From: Malacoraja senta
Taxonomy: Eukaryota
DNA: 63,971 bases
Direction: 5' to 3'
Assembly: GCA_038087875.1 (NCBI GenBank)
Contig: CM075996.1
Location: forward strand, 3,908,030-3,972,000
The position numbers and the translations under genes were made by a program. Positions 62,679-63,971 of this stretch are shown one piece after another. Positions within the stretch are counted from its first letter, which is position 1. Each line of letters starts with the position of its first letter. The notes below the pieces were generated by a model. The model searched no databases, had not been told where the DNA came from, and saw only the letters and a program-made list of their open reading frames with translations.

Positions 62679-63248
62679 CGCCATCCTGACAAACATACTG
62701 ACTGCAGAAGAGGTTAACTGGCTGTTTCAAAACTGTAGATAGACACAAAATGCTGGAGTAACTCAGCATCATCTCTGGATAGAAGGGATGGGTGACGTTT
62801 TTCGGGCCGAGACCCTTCTTCAGGCTGAAGTCAGGGGAGAGGGAGGTATATAGATAAGGAAGGGCAAGGTGTGAAAACGGGACATAGGGGATGGGGATCA
62901 CGGCATTTCCCTCTCCTCTGACTTCAGTCCGAAGAAGGGTCTCAACCCGAAAAAGGTCATCCCATTCCTTCTCTCCAGAGGTGCTGCCTGTCCCGCTGAG
63001 TTACTCCAGCATTTTGCGTCTTTCATCAGTTTAAACCAGCGTCTGCAGTTCCTTCCTACACATGTGTAAAAAACTGTGTTGGTGTTTCACAATCGCCAAT
63101 GCGTTCTATCTGTGTGGGACATTTGCAACTGCCTCCACGCAGATAAGCAACGTTGGAAAGGAGATACAACACACCCTCCCAACTCGGCCAATCACTGCCT
63201 CCAGGTCCCACCGCCTTCCCTACAACCAGGCCCCTCGCTCCTCACATC

Positions 63249-63288
<40 letters not shown>

Positions 63289-63544
63289 CCGAGGAGGAGG
63301 ATATTGACCTGGAAAGACTAACGTTCTCCTCAATGTCAAAAATTGTTTGTTCATTTCCGAGAGTATTTATGTTCAGCAAAGTGACACACAAACCCTTTCA
63401 CAGAATATGTGCAGGAAGGAAGTGCAGATGCTGGTTTAAACCGAAGATAGACACAAAAAGCTGGGGTAACTCAGCGGCGAAAGGCGGCATCTCTGGAGAG
63501 AAGGAATAGGTGACGTTTCGGGTCGAGACCCTTTCTTCAGGTCA

Positions 63545-63870
63545 GGAATAGATCGGATAGCGCACAGTCTCTTGCCCAGAGTGTGGGAATCGAGAACCAG
63601 CGGACATAGGTTTAAAGTGAAGGGGGAAAGATTAGATAGGAACCTGAGAGGTAACTTTTTCACACAAAAGGTGATGGGTGTATGGAACGAGCTGCCAGAG
63701 GTGGTAGTTGAGGCAGAGGGACTATTGCAACGTTTAAGAAGCAATTAGGTGCATGGATACAACAAGTTTAGAGGGATATGGGCCAAATGCAGGCAGGTGG
63801 GACTAGTGTAGATGGGACATGTTGGTCAGTGTGGGCAAGTTGGGCCGAAGGGCCTTTTCACATGCTGTTT
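63545..63870 (+). mobile_element. CR1 LINE 3' fragment (second subfamily)
   Basis: Matches 17090-17442. Confidence 0.85.
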
Positions 63871-63971
63871 GGCTAAGTGAATGAAAATCAAAGCAGGTTC
63901 AGAAGTCGAATTGAGCTGGTAGATTCACCTCCACACCTCCCAGAAGCAGCTACAAGACCAGAGGGGCACAG

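Overview
Repeat-rich vertebrate genomic DNA, most likely from a cartilaginous fish (skate/ray-like). That assignment is inferred from HE1/V-SINE- and HER1/CR1-type repeats and a BAFF carrying an insertion like the one reported in cartilaginous fish. There are three host genes and one gene fragment, all on the + strand. (1) An intact, intronless BAFF/TNFSF13B-like ORF (12565-13437), probably a retrogene. (2) A 4-exon, 173-aa ferritin (23162-27506) with an altered ferroxidase centre and no canonical IRE. (3) A frameshifted orphan ferritin exon-4 fragment (~31435-31544). (4) A second 4-exon ferritin (39747-48028) with a CpG-island, YY1-motif-rich promoter and a 60-aa Arg-rich, acid-free N-terminal extension resembling a mitochondrial presequence; its exon 3 is one base short in this assembly. 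The best novelty candidate is this intron-containing, apparently mitochondria-targeted ferritin, which would parallel the intronless mammalian FTMT. The rest is CR1, L2, Rex1/Babar, RTE and Vingi-like LINE fragments, tRNA-derived V-SINEs, Penelope-derived repeats with hammerhead-like cores, hAT and Harbinger MITEs, microsatellites and a 200-N gap. Repeat boundaries are approximate, and only representative copies are listed.
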